DNA of 64,000 bases, taken from a virus. Location of the stretch: positions 64,001-128,000 of the IMG/VR virus record IMGVR_UViG_3300050144_000109. The stretch is one strand, 5' to 3'. Both the position numbers and the translations under genes were made by a program. This document shows positions 9,212 to 19,002 of the stretch, piece by piece. Under the pieces are notes generated by a model. It saw only the letters and a list, made by a program, of their open reading frames with translations. It did no database searches and was not told the DNA's origin. Positions within the stretch are counted from its first letter, which is position 1. Each line of letters starts with the position of its first letter.

Positions 9212-11344
9212 TTACGAATAGTAGTCGGACACGAGTCGTTTGATCTTATCGTCGTTGGTATAGAATCCCAGTGTTTCAAGCACCAAGTAAAAACTCTTGC
9301 ACAGCTCACTGACTAACTTGCGAAAGTCAATGACTTGCTTTACCTCTTCAGGGATGCCCACAGCTTGAAGAATGGGTGCTGGCAGATGGAACGTCGAGAT
9401 AAACATCTTCTCATTCTTGACCATGTACCGTGACAGTCTTTCAGCAAGCTCCCTGTCTTTAAAAGACTCAATCCAAGCGCGAGTCTTTCTAGTGTTGTCA
9501 GTTGTGAGCGAGATTTTCACAGTCCCATAAGGGGGAGGCGCGACTTCTCCGTAGGATTGTGACCAGACTTCCATCCAGAAGTTGTGGTTCTGGTAAGGAC
9601 TTTCCTCTTCTTCTTTGGTGTAACTTTCTTTTTCTTTAATAGAACCAAAGCGAATGTACTTAGATTCTCCTCTGAGCAAACTATCCATGATCTCACGCTC
9701 AATCTCAGCGACAATCTTGAGATACTTCATGATAGAAATCTTCTTACCTGCCTTGACAGTATCCATGATGTCAACCATCATGTCTTTAGATCTAGAGATG
9801 ATTTCCTTATTGATGTTGGAGTTCTTTAAATGCACCCCTTTGATTTCAAGATCGGATGGATCCAATATATTCCCTTCTTGACAACCAATGCCAGCATAGT
9901 AATGTTTACCCAGCTGCGTAGGAACAAACACATCAAAACGAAATTCACTTTTCATGGCAATTCTAAACATGTACTCTTTGTCTACGCCCATGTTGGCGGA
10001 CATGGTAGCCAGGATGTGTACAATGGCTGAAGATGCAATGAACGTCATAGTGGCTTGCATAGCGATGGCACGCTCTGAGAAATTCAACTCCCCTTCATAC
10101 CAAATCACCCAGTCTTGTACTGTGAAGATGGTAGAGTCAGTATCACTCAGGACAGCAGCTCTTCGAATACTTTCAGGGAAATACCCTACGCTGGCTGGGA
10201 TGTTGTCACTGACCATGATGACTTTGATAAAGTCAGCATATTCCTGAACTGTTTGTTGTGCATTTAAGATGGTCAGCGCCAGTGTGTCAATGTCTTCCGG
10301 CTTTCTGACTTTGGAATAATCCTTACCAATGCCTCTAGCTTCTTCTTCACAGATCTGGTGCGCAAGGTTTACATAGGCATCAGGAGCATTTTCAATCACC
10401 TTTTGTGCACTTGGACATACTCCTTTAATTTTATTGCTCAAACGCGTGATAAAGGCACGCATAAAGGATTCATTGAGTAGCAAGACTTGGTACAGATCTC
10501 CCGTATAAACAAATGCCGCTCTTTGGAAACCATTGAGTTTTTCGATGGTGGAACGGATCTTCTGTATCCACAAGTCATTTCTGAAATACAAATCAGTAGA
10601 GTATTTCACACAAGCCAGCGCCTGTTCGATACTGGGGATTACCAAATTGTACTTTTGAATAACGCCAATCAGTGCATCGTAGTCTGTGTGTCCAACAATT
10701 GAAATGATGTTGTTGTTTACAGTGCGCCAATCTCGATAGTGTCTATTCCCACTGAGCAGTTTTTCATTGTCGGCGTTTCCATAACCACTGGTGCTCCTGC
10801 ATACACTGGTGAGCGTGGAGTGTGCTGTCTTATTGAACAGTGGTGTACTGGGGGTGACATGGGCCCCACTCACCGCATTGTTTTTGAGCTTACGATTGGT
10901 TTGTTCAGATTTCTTGAACGTGTACAATTGCGCATCTTTATTAGCCTTTGCAACAAACATCGCTTTCTTAGCTTTATTTCGAAGCGCGATATTGCCATCA
11001 ATGTACTTTGCCAACAGTGATTTCTTTTTCTTGGTATTGATGTACGTTGTGAACGTGGGCGCTATGATGTCACCAGCAGCAATAGACTCATCGATGTACT
11101 GCTTGAGTGTACCTTCTTTCAGTTCACGATCACCAAACTCATTTCTCTCCAAGTACTCTACCTTGGGATCTTTGAACTCAAACACACCGCCTGGACGAAG
11201 TGCTTTTGAGATAAATCCCCTGACCTCTTCTTCGCTGGCACCCGTCATCAACTCCAAATACAACCTACAATCGTGCACGTAGTCGCCCAATGGATTCAAC
11301 TTACGAACATATTCGTCTACTGGCTTAACAAATGGATCTTGCAT
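9212..11344 (-). CDS. Family-B-like DNA polymerase, polymerase-domain subunit (phiKZ gp50-like)
   Basis: Motifs KLKNNAVSG, SDTDSTIF and EIKGVHLK. Likely start at ATG 11344 (MQDPF) after an AAGGA RBS; the ORF track extends to 11428. Confidence 0.88.
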   Translation of the reverse strand: MQDPFVKPVDEYVRKLNPLGDYVHDCRLYLELMTGASEEEVRGFISKALRPGGVFEFKDPKVEYLERNEFGDRELKEGTLKQYIDESIAAGDIIAPTFTTYINTKKKKSLLAKYIDGNIALRNKAKKAMFVAKANKDAQLYTFKKSEQTNRKLKNNAVSGAHVTPSTPLFNKTAHSTLTSVCRSTSGYGNADNEKLLSGNRHYRDWRTVNNNIISIVGHTDYDALIGVIQKYNLVIPSIEQALACVKYSTDLYFRNDLWIQKIRSTIEKLNGFQRAAFVYTGDLYQVLLLNESFMRAFITRLSNKIKGVCPSAQKVIENAPDAYVNLAHQICEEEARGIGKDYSKVRKPEDIDTLALTILNAQQTVQEYADFIKVIMVSDNIPASVGYFPESIRRAAVLSDTDSTIFTVQDWVIWYEGELNFSERAIAMQATMTFIASSAIVHILATMSANMGVDKEYMFRIAMKSEFRFDVFVPTQLGKHYYAGIGCQEGNILDPSDLEIKGVHLKNSNINKEIISRSKDMMVDIMDTVKAGKKISIMKYLKIVAEIEREIMDSLLRGESKYIRFGSIKEKESYTKEEEESPYQNHNFWMEVWSQSYGEVAPPPYGTVKISLTTDNTRKTRAWIESFKDRELAERLSRYMVKNEKMFISTFHLPAPILQAVGIPEEVKQVIDFRKLVSELCKSFYLVLETLGFYTNDDKIKRLVSDYYS

Positions 11345-11430
11345 GAATAATTCCTTGTTATAGTGAAGCGTATTCTTTCTCGTTAGATATTGGTACATGG
11401 TGCTTTTATACAGAAAATCAAACAGCATAA

Positions 11431-11476
11431 GTGGGGTCGTAGCGCACCGGCAACCGCCAATACGCTACGACCCCAC
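11431..11476 (-). terminator. Hairpin followed by TTATG, 3' of the candidate ncRNA
   Basis: 14-bp perfect stem gtggggtcgtagcg/cgctacgaccccac. Confidence 0.65.
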
Positions 11477-12040
11477 CGGGTGTATAACCAGACAACAATG
11501 ACAGAGAAAAGTCGATATACCGTAAGTGGTCGGATCCACCACCAAGAAGACTACACTCTTCCGAAGGCAATTGACTTCTATTTGCTTTGCCAACGATCCA
11601 AGCTCAAACAAGGGTCTACATTGAGAGGGGTGCCGACGCCTTGGAACCAGTGAATCAAACAACAAGACAGTGTAGAAAATCGATTACCGTCTTCAGAACA
11701 TCTCAGTGTTCAAAATGGATCCGACCACACGACAAGTCGCAAGCAGATAAACCCACCTGCGACAAAAAAAGAAGAGCGTTCGCCTTCCTTGAATGAGAGA
11801 CCAACTGAAAAGAGTAGCAGATGAACAAGCAGAATTCCACCACTGTTGCGGCCTGAAAGACTCGGGAAATCCCACCAAGGGATGAGTCTAGGCTGCTGAC
11901 ATGTGAAAGGTGGACTGCGTTCATGTCCTCAAACCAATTGAAATCTCACTCAAGGAAGGGTACTTACTTTTTTCCAACCACAGGAGCAGCAAATGCCACT
12001 TGCCAAGAAATAGCTTCAATGACCAGTGTGTTTGCATACT
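11477..12040 (-). ncRNA. Candidate large structured non-coding RNA
   Basis: No credible CDS. Nested long-range helices (11783-11798 with 11944-11959; 11526-11538 with 11716-11728; hairpin 11736-11763). Many mismatches become G-U pairs only on the minus strand. Confidence 0.6.
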
Positions 12041-12051
12041 ATATGTATATT

Positions 12052-12462
12052 TTAAGTGCTTGTCATGATGGAAAGATCGAAGTTATTGAAACCACTCCGA
12101 ATCAAGAGGTCTCGAATACTGTTCATGTCAGAAGAAGAAACGCCGTGAATAATCAAGCGCACGGTCTGCGAGTTGACCAGTGTAGGTTGTGTAGCAATCC
12201 ATTCGTGCGCAATGATCCGGTAGTCACCACTACTGGTCTTGATGCGAATGTAGGTGAGGTCCCTGGCATCTCTGGAGATGCCGGTGCCTAGTGTTGGGAA
12301 TACGGTTGCATGGGTCGCTGCAAGGTCGCCTTGAAACTTGACAGCATCGTTGTACATGAGAATGCTGGTGACAGTTGCATTCTCATAACCAATGCCTAAA
12401 ATAGCCACTGCTTTTAAAGTGATATTGTAGGTCTGGTTCAGTTCAATATTGAACAGTCTCAT
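12052..12462 (-). CDS. Conserved jumbo phage small beta-barrel protein (phiKZ gp49-like)
   Basis: Likely start MRLFNIE at 12462 overlaps the upstream stop (ATGA); 136 aa. Confidence 0.65.
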   Translation of the reverse strand: MRLFNIELNQTYNITLKAVAILGIGYENATVTSILMYNDAVKFQGDLAATHATVFPTLGTGISRDARDLTYIRIKTSSGDYRIIAHEWIATQPTLVNSQTVRLIIHGVSSSDMNSIRDLLIRSGFNNFDLSIMTST

Positions 12463-12899
12463 GGTGGATATTGTCCTGTACGTAGCGGATGTGGGGTAGA
12501 ACTGGTGAGATGGATATGCCCGTAGATGACACAGTCGTAAACATACGGGCAATACTTCTCACCGTTCGCTGGGTTGATGGTCATAGGAATGTTTTCCTTT
12601 TGAAACAGTGACAGCAATCTCAGCGCTAGCAAGTTGTACTGGATGATGCGGTTGGAGAAATTGCTTGTCCATTCACCAGAATCACTGAGCATGCTCTCGG
12701 AGCTCAATCTGGGTATCTCGAACTGAACACCAAAGAAACTATTTACTTCCACTTTGTTCGAGACGGATTCATAATCAGACAAAGCTTTCTGTACTGCTTT
12801 TCTAATTAGCTCTTCTACGTCTTTAAAGTCCGGTACTTTAAGACAGGTCAACATCTCGTCCAACATCTCTTCTGTGCGCAGCACAATGATCTTACTCAT
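12459..12899 (-). CDS. Hypothetical protein
   Basis: 146-aa ORF in a tightly packed, coupled operon. Confidence 0.7.
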   Translation of the reverse strand: MSKIIVLRTEEMLDEMLTCLKVPDFKDVEELIRKAVQKALSDYESVSNKVEVNSFFGVQFEIPRLSSESMLSDSGEWTSNFSNRIIQYNLLALRLLSLFQKENIPMTINPANGEKYCPYVYDCVIYGHIHLTSSTPHPLRTGQYPP

Positions 12900-12902
12900 C
12901 TC

Positions 12903-13298
12903 TTAATCATTCCTTTTGAATACCAGACAACCATTAGAAATCCCAATGAGGGTCAATTGAAGTTTGTAGTTCAGGTAATGTCCGCTGGCTTCTAGTTTAT
13001 CCATGCAGATCAAGGCACATGTCGTTAAGTAGTTTACTAAAAGTTCAAACTCATAGCCAAACATTTCAATGGTATTCAGTCGGACATAGAGTTCAGTATA
13101 GGCTGATAGTTTTTCTTGAGACGTTCTTTTGCGGAGAACGGTACTCAAGAAACTGAATAATTTAAGATCATCAAGCAGACCAGTCTCCCAATTCAAGTCT
13201 GCTTCTAAGACTTCCACAGAAGCCTCAGGGATCTTTACAATCACAAGCTTCCAAGGAAACTCATAGGTATCGCTCGAAGTTGAACACGACGGATTCAT
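12903..13298 (-). CDS. Hypothetical protein
   Basis: 131-aa ORF, operon packing. Confidence 0.65.
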   Translation of the reverse strand: MNPSCSTSSDTYEFPWKLVIVKIPEASVEVLEADLNWETGLLDDLKLFSFLSTVLRKRTSQEKLSAYTELYVRLNTIEMFGYEFELLVNYLTTCALICMDKLEASGHYLNYKLQLTLIGISNGCLVFKRND

Positions 13299-13665
13299 TT
13301 TTGCTTATTCCACGGTAAAAGATACCTACGTTATTGTCTTCCACCCTCCATTCAGGCGTCAGTACCGCATACAGCGCTTGCCGCATGCTTTCTATTACAT
13401 AGACGAAATGTTTCAGAATAAGATCTGCGACAAACCCATTGTCACCAGGACCAGAGTAGATGATGTTGTAATCAATCAGGTAGTCCACAATGTCCTCATT
13501 ACAGATCCCACTGTTGCCAAATAATAAGTCTAAAATAACGCTGAGTACAGCGTCTACGTCCATGGTAGGCAAATTCAAGTCTTGCGTGAGTTCTTCGAGG
13601 TGAGGCATAGCGTCATGAATAGGGACCATGAAACCAGCTTTCCCTACTATTTTAGGATAATGCAT
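13261..13665 (-). CDS. Hypothetical protein
   Basis: 134-aa ORF, operon packing. Confidence 0.65.
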   Translation of the reverse strand: MHYPKIVGKAGFMVPIHDAMPHLEELTQDLNLPTMDVDAVLSVILDLLFGNSGICNEDIVDYLIDYNIIYSGPGDNGFVADLILKHFVYVIESMRQALYAVLTPEWRVEDNNVGIFYRGISKNESVVFNFERYL

Positions 13666-14083
13666 AGTAAACCACTTGGTTGTAGCTTTGAAACAATGTG
13701 TGTTTCAAGCTGTTTGGTAGAATTTCTGTTGCGGGAACACCTCTTTGCCTCAGAGTCTGGTAGAGTAAGTCCAGACTCTGGTAAAGGAAGCTTGCAAATT
13801 CAGGAGACCAGATTTGATTTGTCAGCGCAGATTCAATTTCGTAGGACCTAGTCCTGGAGATGAACTGGCGTGTATCGTATTCAAATTTGTCAAAGAGTGC
13901 ATCACTTATCTCCTCCAAGCTCATGTGGCCTCTTGTGTACGCTGCGTAGTACAGCACACCTTCATAAATGAGTTTGTACACCCCATCAGGTTCACAATGT
14001 GCAACGACACTGTATTCTCTTTCAAATACTTCACTGAGGTGGTCAAAATCATCCATGCCAATGATGACCAATTGTTTATTCAT
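13652..14083 (-). CDS. Hypothetical protein
   Basis: 143-aa ORF with ATGA overlap. Confidence 0.7.
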   Translation of the reverse strand: MNKQLVIIGMDDFDHLSEVFEREYSVVAHCEPDGVYKLIYEGVLYYAAYTRGHMSLEEISDALFDKFEYDTRQFISRTRSYEIESALTNQIWSPEFASFLYQSLDLLYQTLRQRGVPATEILPNSLKHTLFQSYNQVVYYALS

Positions 14084-14460
14084 CTTAGTTCCTTGAATCT
14101 TTCGTAATTCATCTGGATGTGTGCTGTGTGTGTATTATTGAATTTTACTTTGCCCCACTCCAAACCAATGCTTCTAGAGTAGAGGCACTGGTTTGGGAAA
14201 GCGAGTTGTATGCTGTACTTGATCTCCTCTGTGACCATGGTTGCAAGATGAGAGTAGACAAAGCCACTCCCATAGTTTTCTTCTAGAAGCCGCAAGCAAA
14301 GCTTTTCACTCTCGATATCCAAGCTGTTCGGACACAAGAAGCAGCGCACAAGCAACTCCAAAACTCTTTGTGTATTGGGAGAAGGTAGATTTGCTTGCGC
14401 TTTAGCTTTGTTTCTCTCTAGAAGATTCTTTGCATTCTCGAAACTAATCAAGACAATCAT
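14080..14460 (-). CDS. Hypothetical protein
   Basis: 126-aa ORF with ATGA overlap. Confidence 0.7.
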   Translation of the reverse strand: MIVLISFENAKNLLERNKAKAQANLPSPNTQRVLELLVRCFLCPNSLDIESEKLCLRLLEENYGSGFVYSHLATMVTEEIKYSIQLAFPNQCLYSRSIGLEWGKVKFNNTHTAHIQMNYERFKELR

Positions 14461-14834
14461 GATTCCATTTTGAAAATGTAGGAGCCTGTGAGTTGATCCA
14501 TCCCAACCAGCGTTGCAGAGGTCACGTCCGTAAACCCCACAATGTTAGAATGCATTTTGTTGAGGATGAGGGTGGTGAGGAGATCATCCAGTTTGGCAGT
14601 TTCTCGTTGATCCACCATCGCGTTCGAACATAGAACACCCAGAATGTCCCTCCTCATCTGTGCAGAACGATTGTCAAAGATGGAGCGGAGGTAGTCTTCA
14701 AAACAATCATGAAGCTCCTCCATGGTCTCACCATCCTCGCTCAAGTCGCTGGTGTCGATCTCATCGTGCAATGCGTACAGTAAAGCACACATTTCATCAT
14801 GGAAGCTGATGATGAATACCCGTTCCAGTTTCAT
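14457..14834 (-). CDS. Hypothetical acidic protein
   Basis: 125-aa ORF with GAGG RBS. Confidence 0.7.
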   Translation of the reverse strand: MKLERVFIISFHDEMCALLYALHDEIDTSDLSEDGETMEELHDCFEDYLRSIFDNRSAQMRRDILGVLCSNAMVDQRETAKLDDLLTTLILNKMHSNIVGFTDVTSATLVGMDQLTGSYIFKMES

Positions 14835-14835
14835 T

Positions 14836-15672
14836 TCATCCTCTTATTTCATTCATGTATTTCCACGGCATTCCGGGTGCAGGTTGGTTTAGTTCTTTGC
14901 GTTCTTGTTCCACCATCCACAGGTAAGCTCTTTGGTCCACAGACATCTCTACCGTGAGCCGACTTGCAGTGATGCTGACGAAAAACAGATGCCACTCAAA
15001 CCTGGCCATGAATTTCTTCAAGTCCTCCTGCAGTTGCTCTGTGATGCTCTCAATGAACAACACCAAAGGATCCAGATTGGAGTGGTAATCTCCCGTCAGG
15101 TACTCTGGTTTGAAATGGTCAAAGATGTAATCTACAGGCTCTTTGTTACTTCTTGGATAGTTGACTTTCTTGCTGATCAAATCTTCTACGATGGATTCGA
15201 TGATCTTGATACCGCGGTAAGGGAGCATCGGAACACTGGAGAGGAACTTACTCTTACGGTCCACAAAGAACTTAGGTACTGCCACTTCAAGAAGTGGTTG
15301 CCCAGGGATGCGATCGTGAATCCAAGACTGCCTGCCCTTATCGCGATAAACTTTTACCGAGAACACATCCCCTCCACCCAATTCATTCAACTCGGAGACA
15401 CGGACTTCTTGAATAATTCCTGTGGTTTGATCTAACTTCCTCATAAAGTATTCACCATCTTCTTTCATTACTGGCTCTAAGCTAGCAGCTGAGAAAATTC
15501 CCTTTGGTGGCTCCTTCAGGTACTCTCCTACAAACTGCTCGATGGAGCATGCCATGGCTTCAATGTCCATGTGGTACACCTTGCAGATGTCGAGTTGAAT
15601 CTTAGATTTATCACTCACGTGAAAGTCCTTTGGTAGTAGACCTAATGAAGATTTACAGTAGGGAGTAATCAA
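14836..15672 (-). CDS. Conserved jumbo phage hypothetical protein
   Basis: 278-aa ORF with GGAG RBS; no tubulin signature. Confidence 0.7.
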   Translation of the reverse strand: MITPYCKSSLGLLPKDFHVSDKSKIQLDICKVYHMDIEAMACSIEQFVGEYLKEPPKGIFSAASLEPVMKEDGEYFMRKLDQTTGIIQEVRVSELNELGGGDVFSVKVYRDKGRQSWIHDRIPGQPLLEVAVPKFFVDRKSKFLSSVPMLPYRGIKIIESIVEDLISKKVNYPRSNKEPVDYIFDHFKPEYLTGDYHSNLDPLVLFIESITEQLQEDLKKFMARFEWHLFFVSITASRLTVEMSVDQRAYLWMVEQERKELNQPAPGMPWKYMNEIRG

Positions 15673-15711
15673 ACTTCATAAACTCCCTACTGTTCCAAAT
15701 CATTAAGCGTA

Positions 15712-16260
15712 CTAGTTATTTTTTACTAGTCTCATCTCCACAACGACATTGCTCTTGAGCTTGATCCCCTTGATCTGGAGGATTGGAGCGTGCGTACAGA
15801 CTGCGAAATTAGGCTGGTGCGTCCCGATGTACTGCGCGAAGAAATCAGGGCCTTCAGAGCCCATGCTGAACCAGAGACGGTCACTGTAGTACCAGTCTTG
15901 CTTGGAGTCAATCTTCGTCAACTCTTTGAACTCCATGATTTCCTTAGAGTTCAAAATGACAGGATCAATGTGTGACCAGAACGCGTACAAGTCGTAAAAC
16001 GAACCCAACTCAGTCTTGGTGACATCTGCCATGAACACCAGTTCTTGCTTAAAGGCACGTGCACTGGTATCGCCACTTTTTTGTAGCTCGCTGAGTAGAC
16101 TTGATTTCTCACTCAAGTCTATTTTGAGGAGTTGCAGCGTTTCCAGCAAACAAAGGTTACCGAACACAGCACCGAACGGTGTTCCACCAAGCGGAGGAGC
16201 ATCGTTGAACATGTCCATGGTGGTCAAGCCCGTAGAAGTAGAACCAACGTAGTTTAACAT
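15712..16260 (-). CDS. Hypothetical protein
   Basis: 182-aa ORF with AAGGA RBS. Confidence 0.7.
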   Translation of the reverse strand: MLNYVGSTSTGLTTMDMFNDAPPLGGTPFGAVFGNLCLLETLQLLKIDLSEKSSLLSELQKSGDTSARAFKQELVFMADVTKTELGSFYDLYAFWSHIDPVILNSKEIMEFKELTKIDSKQDWYYSDRLWFSMGSEGPDFFAQYIGTHQPNFAVCTHAPILQIKGIKLKSNVVVEMRLVKNN

Positions 16261-16396
16261 TTCAAGCTTCCTTCAGGTCAGTTAAAGGGATGGTGGGGAA
16301 ATGATTTGACTCTAGCGTCATTCCCTAAAGAATGATTCGCTATGCCTATTCGTTTTTATAATGTGTGTTTGTGAAATTTTGGAGAACGTATTTATC

Positions 16397-17230
16397 ATGG
16401 ATGCCATACAGAAAGCCATCAGTGATGTCAAGTTCAAAATCCCAAGGGCTGTACTGGAGAAGACCTTCATCAATCGGATCTCTAACTTTGGAGCAATCAA
16501 CCAGTTCAACTTGGACTCGCAGATTCTAGACTTGGTGGTGAAGCCCAGAGTCTTGACGGATTGCAACATCCTTGGAGGGACTCAGGTCCTCATCTCGATT
16601 GGAGATCTTCCCTACGATCGTCCCGATAACTCTACCACTGTGGTCCGCATTCCAAAGAGCAGGACCGGCGGCAAGAGCATCATCACTGCATTGCATGTCT
16701 CGTTCCTAAGTCCTACACAAGTGGGTGCATGGGGTAGCATGATGGGGGTTGGCACTGGTGTGGGTGGTGGGAACTACGCAGACAACTCTGCGCTAATGAC
16801 CTCTGCTTCAGCCGTCATGGCAGCAGTGGATAAGATTCCTGTCACATCTTCAGCACGGGTCTCCTTGATTGCAGAGAACACCATTGCTGTCAAAGACGTG
16901 ATGAACCTACCTTTAAATTCTTATCTGCGCTGCGTCGTCGGCAATGATGAAAATCTCAACAACATTCAAATCAAATCTCATCTGGCTTTCTCTAAGTTAG
17001 TTGAGCTTGCTGTCAAGTCCTATGTCTACAACACGCTCATCATTGAGATTGACATGGCGGAGCTTCAAGGCGGCTACAACCTAGGCGTCTTCAAGTCCAT
17101 CATTGAGGGCTACTCAGAGGCCGAGCAAAACTACCAAGATTACTTGAAAGACCAATGGCAAGCCATTGCGTTCATGAACGACAATGAAACTTATCGCCGG
17201 TATGTCAAGATGATGATCTCAAACCGTTAA
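16397..17230 (+). CDS. Conserved chimallivirus (putative virion) protein
   Basis: Start MDAIQKAISDVKFKIP after a GGAG RBS; C-terminal KLVELAVKSYVYN...Y(S)EAEQNY motif; heads the terminase operon. Confidence 0.75.
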   Translation: MDAIQKAISDVKFKIPRAVLEKTFINRISNFGAINQFNLDSQILDLVVKPRVLTDCNILGGTQVLISIGDLPYDRPDNSTTVVRIPKSRTGGKSIITALHVSFLSPTQVGAWGSMMGVGTGVGGGNYADNSALMTSASAVMAAVDKIPVTSSARVSLIAENTIAVKDVMNLPLNSYLRCVVGNDENLNNIQIKSHLAFSKLVELAVKSYVYNTLIIEIDMAELQGGYNLGVFKSIIEGYSEAEQNYQDYLKDQWQAIAFMNDNETYRRYVKMMISNR

Positions 17231-17283
17231 GAGTCCCCCCCCTTCTTTTTTTTTTCTTTGTCTCACCCAACTCAGGAGTATTT

Positions 17284-17745
17284 ATGTCGACAGAACAAGA
17301 GCAAAAACAAACACCCATCATCGATCTCAGCGAAGGTAAAATGCTGGTGGTGGATGGGTCCCTCAGTTTGAAGTGCACCCAGGCTCTCATGGAGGTCTAC
17401 AAGAAAGAGACTTCTGATGAGGTTGGGTTTGCACTGGAGTCCCAGGCAGAAGACTTGGTCAACCAAGTCGGCATGTGGCAGGCGCTGGCAGTATCCAACA
17501 ACCAACCCAAGGATGCCGACATCGGTATCTTCTATGCCACCAAAGGCAGTGAAACAGGTGTCAGTGATGTGGTCCGAATGCTAGACGCTACACAGGACAT
17601 GAGTCCTGAACAGAAAGCAATTTCTGCCTTGATGATCGACCGGTCTGAAGGCACCAATTACTGGGCCAGTGCACTGGAGAAATTTGCGCTGTCCAAAGAT
17701 ATTCAAGTCATCGGGTCTGTTAAAGACTACTGCGTCGCACTGTAA
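17284..17745 (+). CDS. Hypothetical protein
   Basis: 153 aa with AGGAG RBS. Confidence 0.75.
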   Translation: MSTEQEQKQTPIIDLSEGKMLVVDGSLSLKCTQALMEVYKKETSDEVGFALESQAEDLVNQVGMWQALAVSNNQPKDADIGIFYATKGSETGVSDVVRMLDATQDMSPEQKAISALMIDRSEGTNYWASALEKFALSKDIQVIGSVKDYCVAL

Positions 17746-17757
17746 GGAGCCTGTACC

Positions 17758-18987
17758 ATGCACACGGGCATCCGAGACATTTTTAATGAGGAGTGTGCAC
17801 ACGTTGTTTTTGACAAAGCACTCCTGAAGAAAATCTGTGAGATTGAAGCTGCGTTTGTCAACAAGAAACAAGAACACATCGAGTTCTTTGGTGGCAATAC
17901 CACAGGCGTTCAGGTGGTTCGTTTCACAGACCAAGACCGAGACCGGCTGTTCATCGATCTTTTAGAGGTCGATGAGAAAACACTAGAAGACAGAATCCAT
18001 GATCTTCCAGACATCAATCCAGAGTACAAGGTGTCTAGCAACATCTTCAACATCGCCTGTGTATGGGCCATGTATGGGTTTGAGAACTCTAAACATTTAG
18101 ACAAAGATCAAAAAGAAGAAGGCAAGATCCGAGTCGCACTGTATCTGAATTATAAAGTACTGACCTCAATCCTGTTTCGGTTTTTCAAATACCCAGCGAA
18201 TCCAGAGACTGCACAAGCTACCTATGCACAGCTCTCTTATAGATTCCTACTCAAAGCCAAAGGCTCCTGGTCAGCTACCCTGAGAAGCCGATCAGAAGAC
18301 ATTGTCAAGGCCGAATCAATCTGGTACCATGTCATCAAGAAACTGGATGATGACTATGAAGTAGTCAAGATGCTCAACGACATTCAGGGTCGCATCAAAG
18401 ACATCATTAAAAACATCTATTCTGTGTTCATCAAAGTACATGAGCAGGGCAATAAGATTTCAATGAGTTCTTCTCAAGTAGAAACAGACGGTGAACTCAT
18501 CCTGAAAGACCACACCCGTGGCAAAGGACTTTACCTCAGGTACATCAAAACCATCATCCCTGACAAGAACTCTTTTTTCAAACTAGAGTTGTTCGAGGTG
18601 ATCTGCTCCGTAGTACCCACCTCTCCAGAACACATGCTCAAGAACTCTTTGGCTTGGATGAGTGGGAACTATGCCCACGTCAAAGACAGTTGGCTAGAAG
18701 AGACGGTAGAAGACATCATGGAGCATGCATTGCAATACCTGGCTGAGAACAGAACGCTGCTCAAACACAAAGAAGACATCGGCTCTATCCTTCTGAAGCT
18801 CAGAGGGACTTACACCAGCTCACGGGCCAGTGATGAGAAGCTGATGGTCATCAAGGAGCATGTAGAGAAGATTGTCAAGCTGGCCACCAACAGCAAGAAC
18901 GATTCTGTCGTCGCTGCTGTGAGGACTGCATTTTGCTTGTATATCTTGCTCAGAACGTTCACCATGACTTACTACCAAAACAAATAA
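17758..18987 (+). CDS. Conserved virion structural protein (phiKZ gp32-like)
   Basis: 409 aa with HIEFFGG motif; AAGGAG RBS; synteny upstream of terminase. Confidence 0.7.
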   Translation: MHTGIRDIFNEECAHVVFDKALLKKICEIEAAFVNKKQEHIEFFGGNTTGVQVVRFTDQDRDRLFIDLLEVDEKTLEDRIHDLPDINPEYKVSSNIFNIACVWAMYGFENSKHLDKDQKEEGKIRVALYLNYKVLTSILFRFFKYPANPETAQATYAQLSYRFLLKAKGSWSATLRSRSEDIVKAESIWYHVIKKLDDDYEVVKMLNDIQGRIKDIIKNIYSVFIKVHEQGNKISMSSSQVETDGELILKDHTRGKGLYLRYIKTIIPDKNSFFKLELFEVICSVVPTSPEHMLKNSLAWMSGNYAHVKDSWLEETVEDIMEHALQYLAENRTLLKHKEDIGSILLKLRGTYTSSRASDEKLMVIKEHVEKIVKLATNSKNDSVVAAVRTAFCLYILLRTFTMTYYQNK

Positions 18988-19002
18988 GGAATTACCTTCA
19001 TC

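Noticed and set aside
11465-11924. Small ORFs (61-73 aa) upstream of the DNA polymerase
   Set aside because: Overlapping, atypical composition and mostly weak RBS; the extensive base-pairing argues for RNA. Not fully excluded.
16726-16775. Gly-rich GVGTGVGGG as a tubulin signature
   Set aside because: The rest of the protein lacks tubulin features; it appears to be a variable loop.
17235-17255. C8/T10 run after the 16397..17230 gene
   Set aside because: Intergenic with no clear stem; probably a pyrimidine-rich spacer, no evidence of switching.
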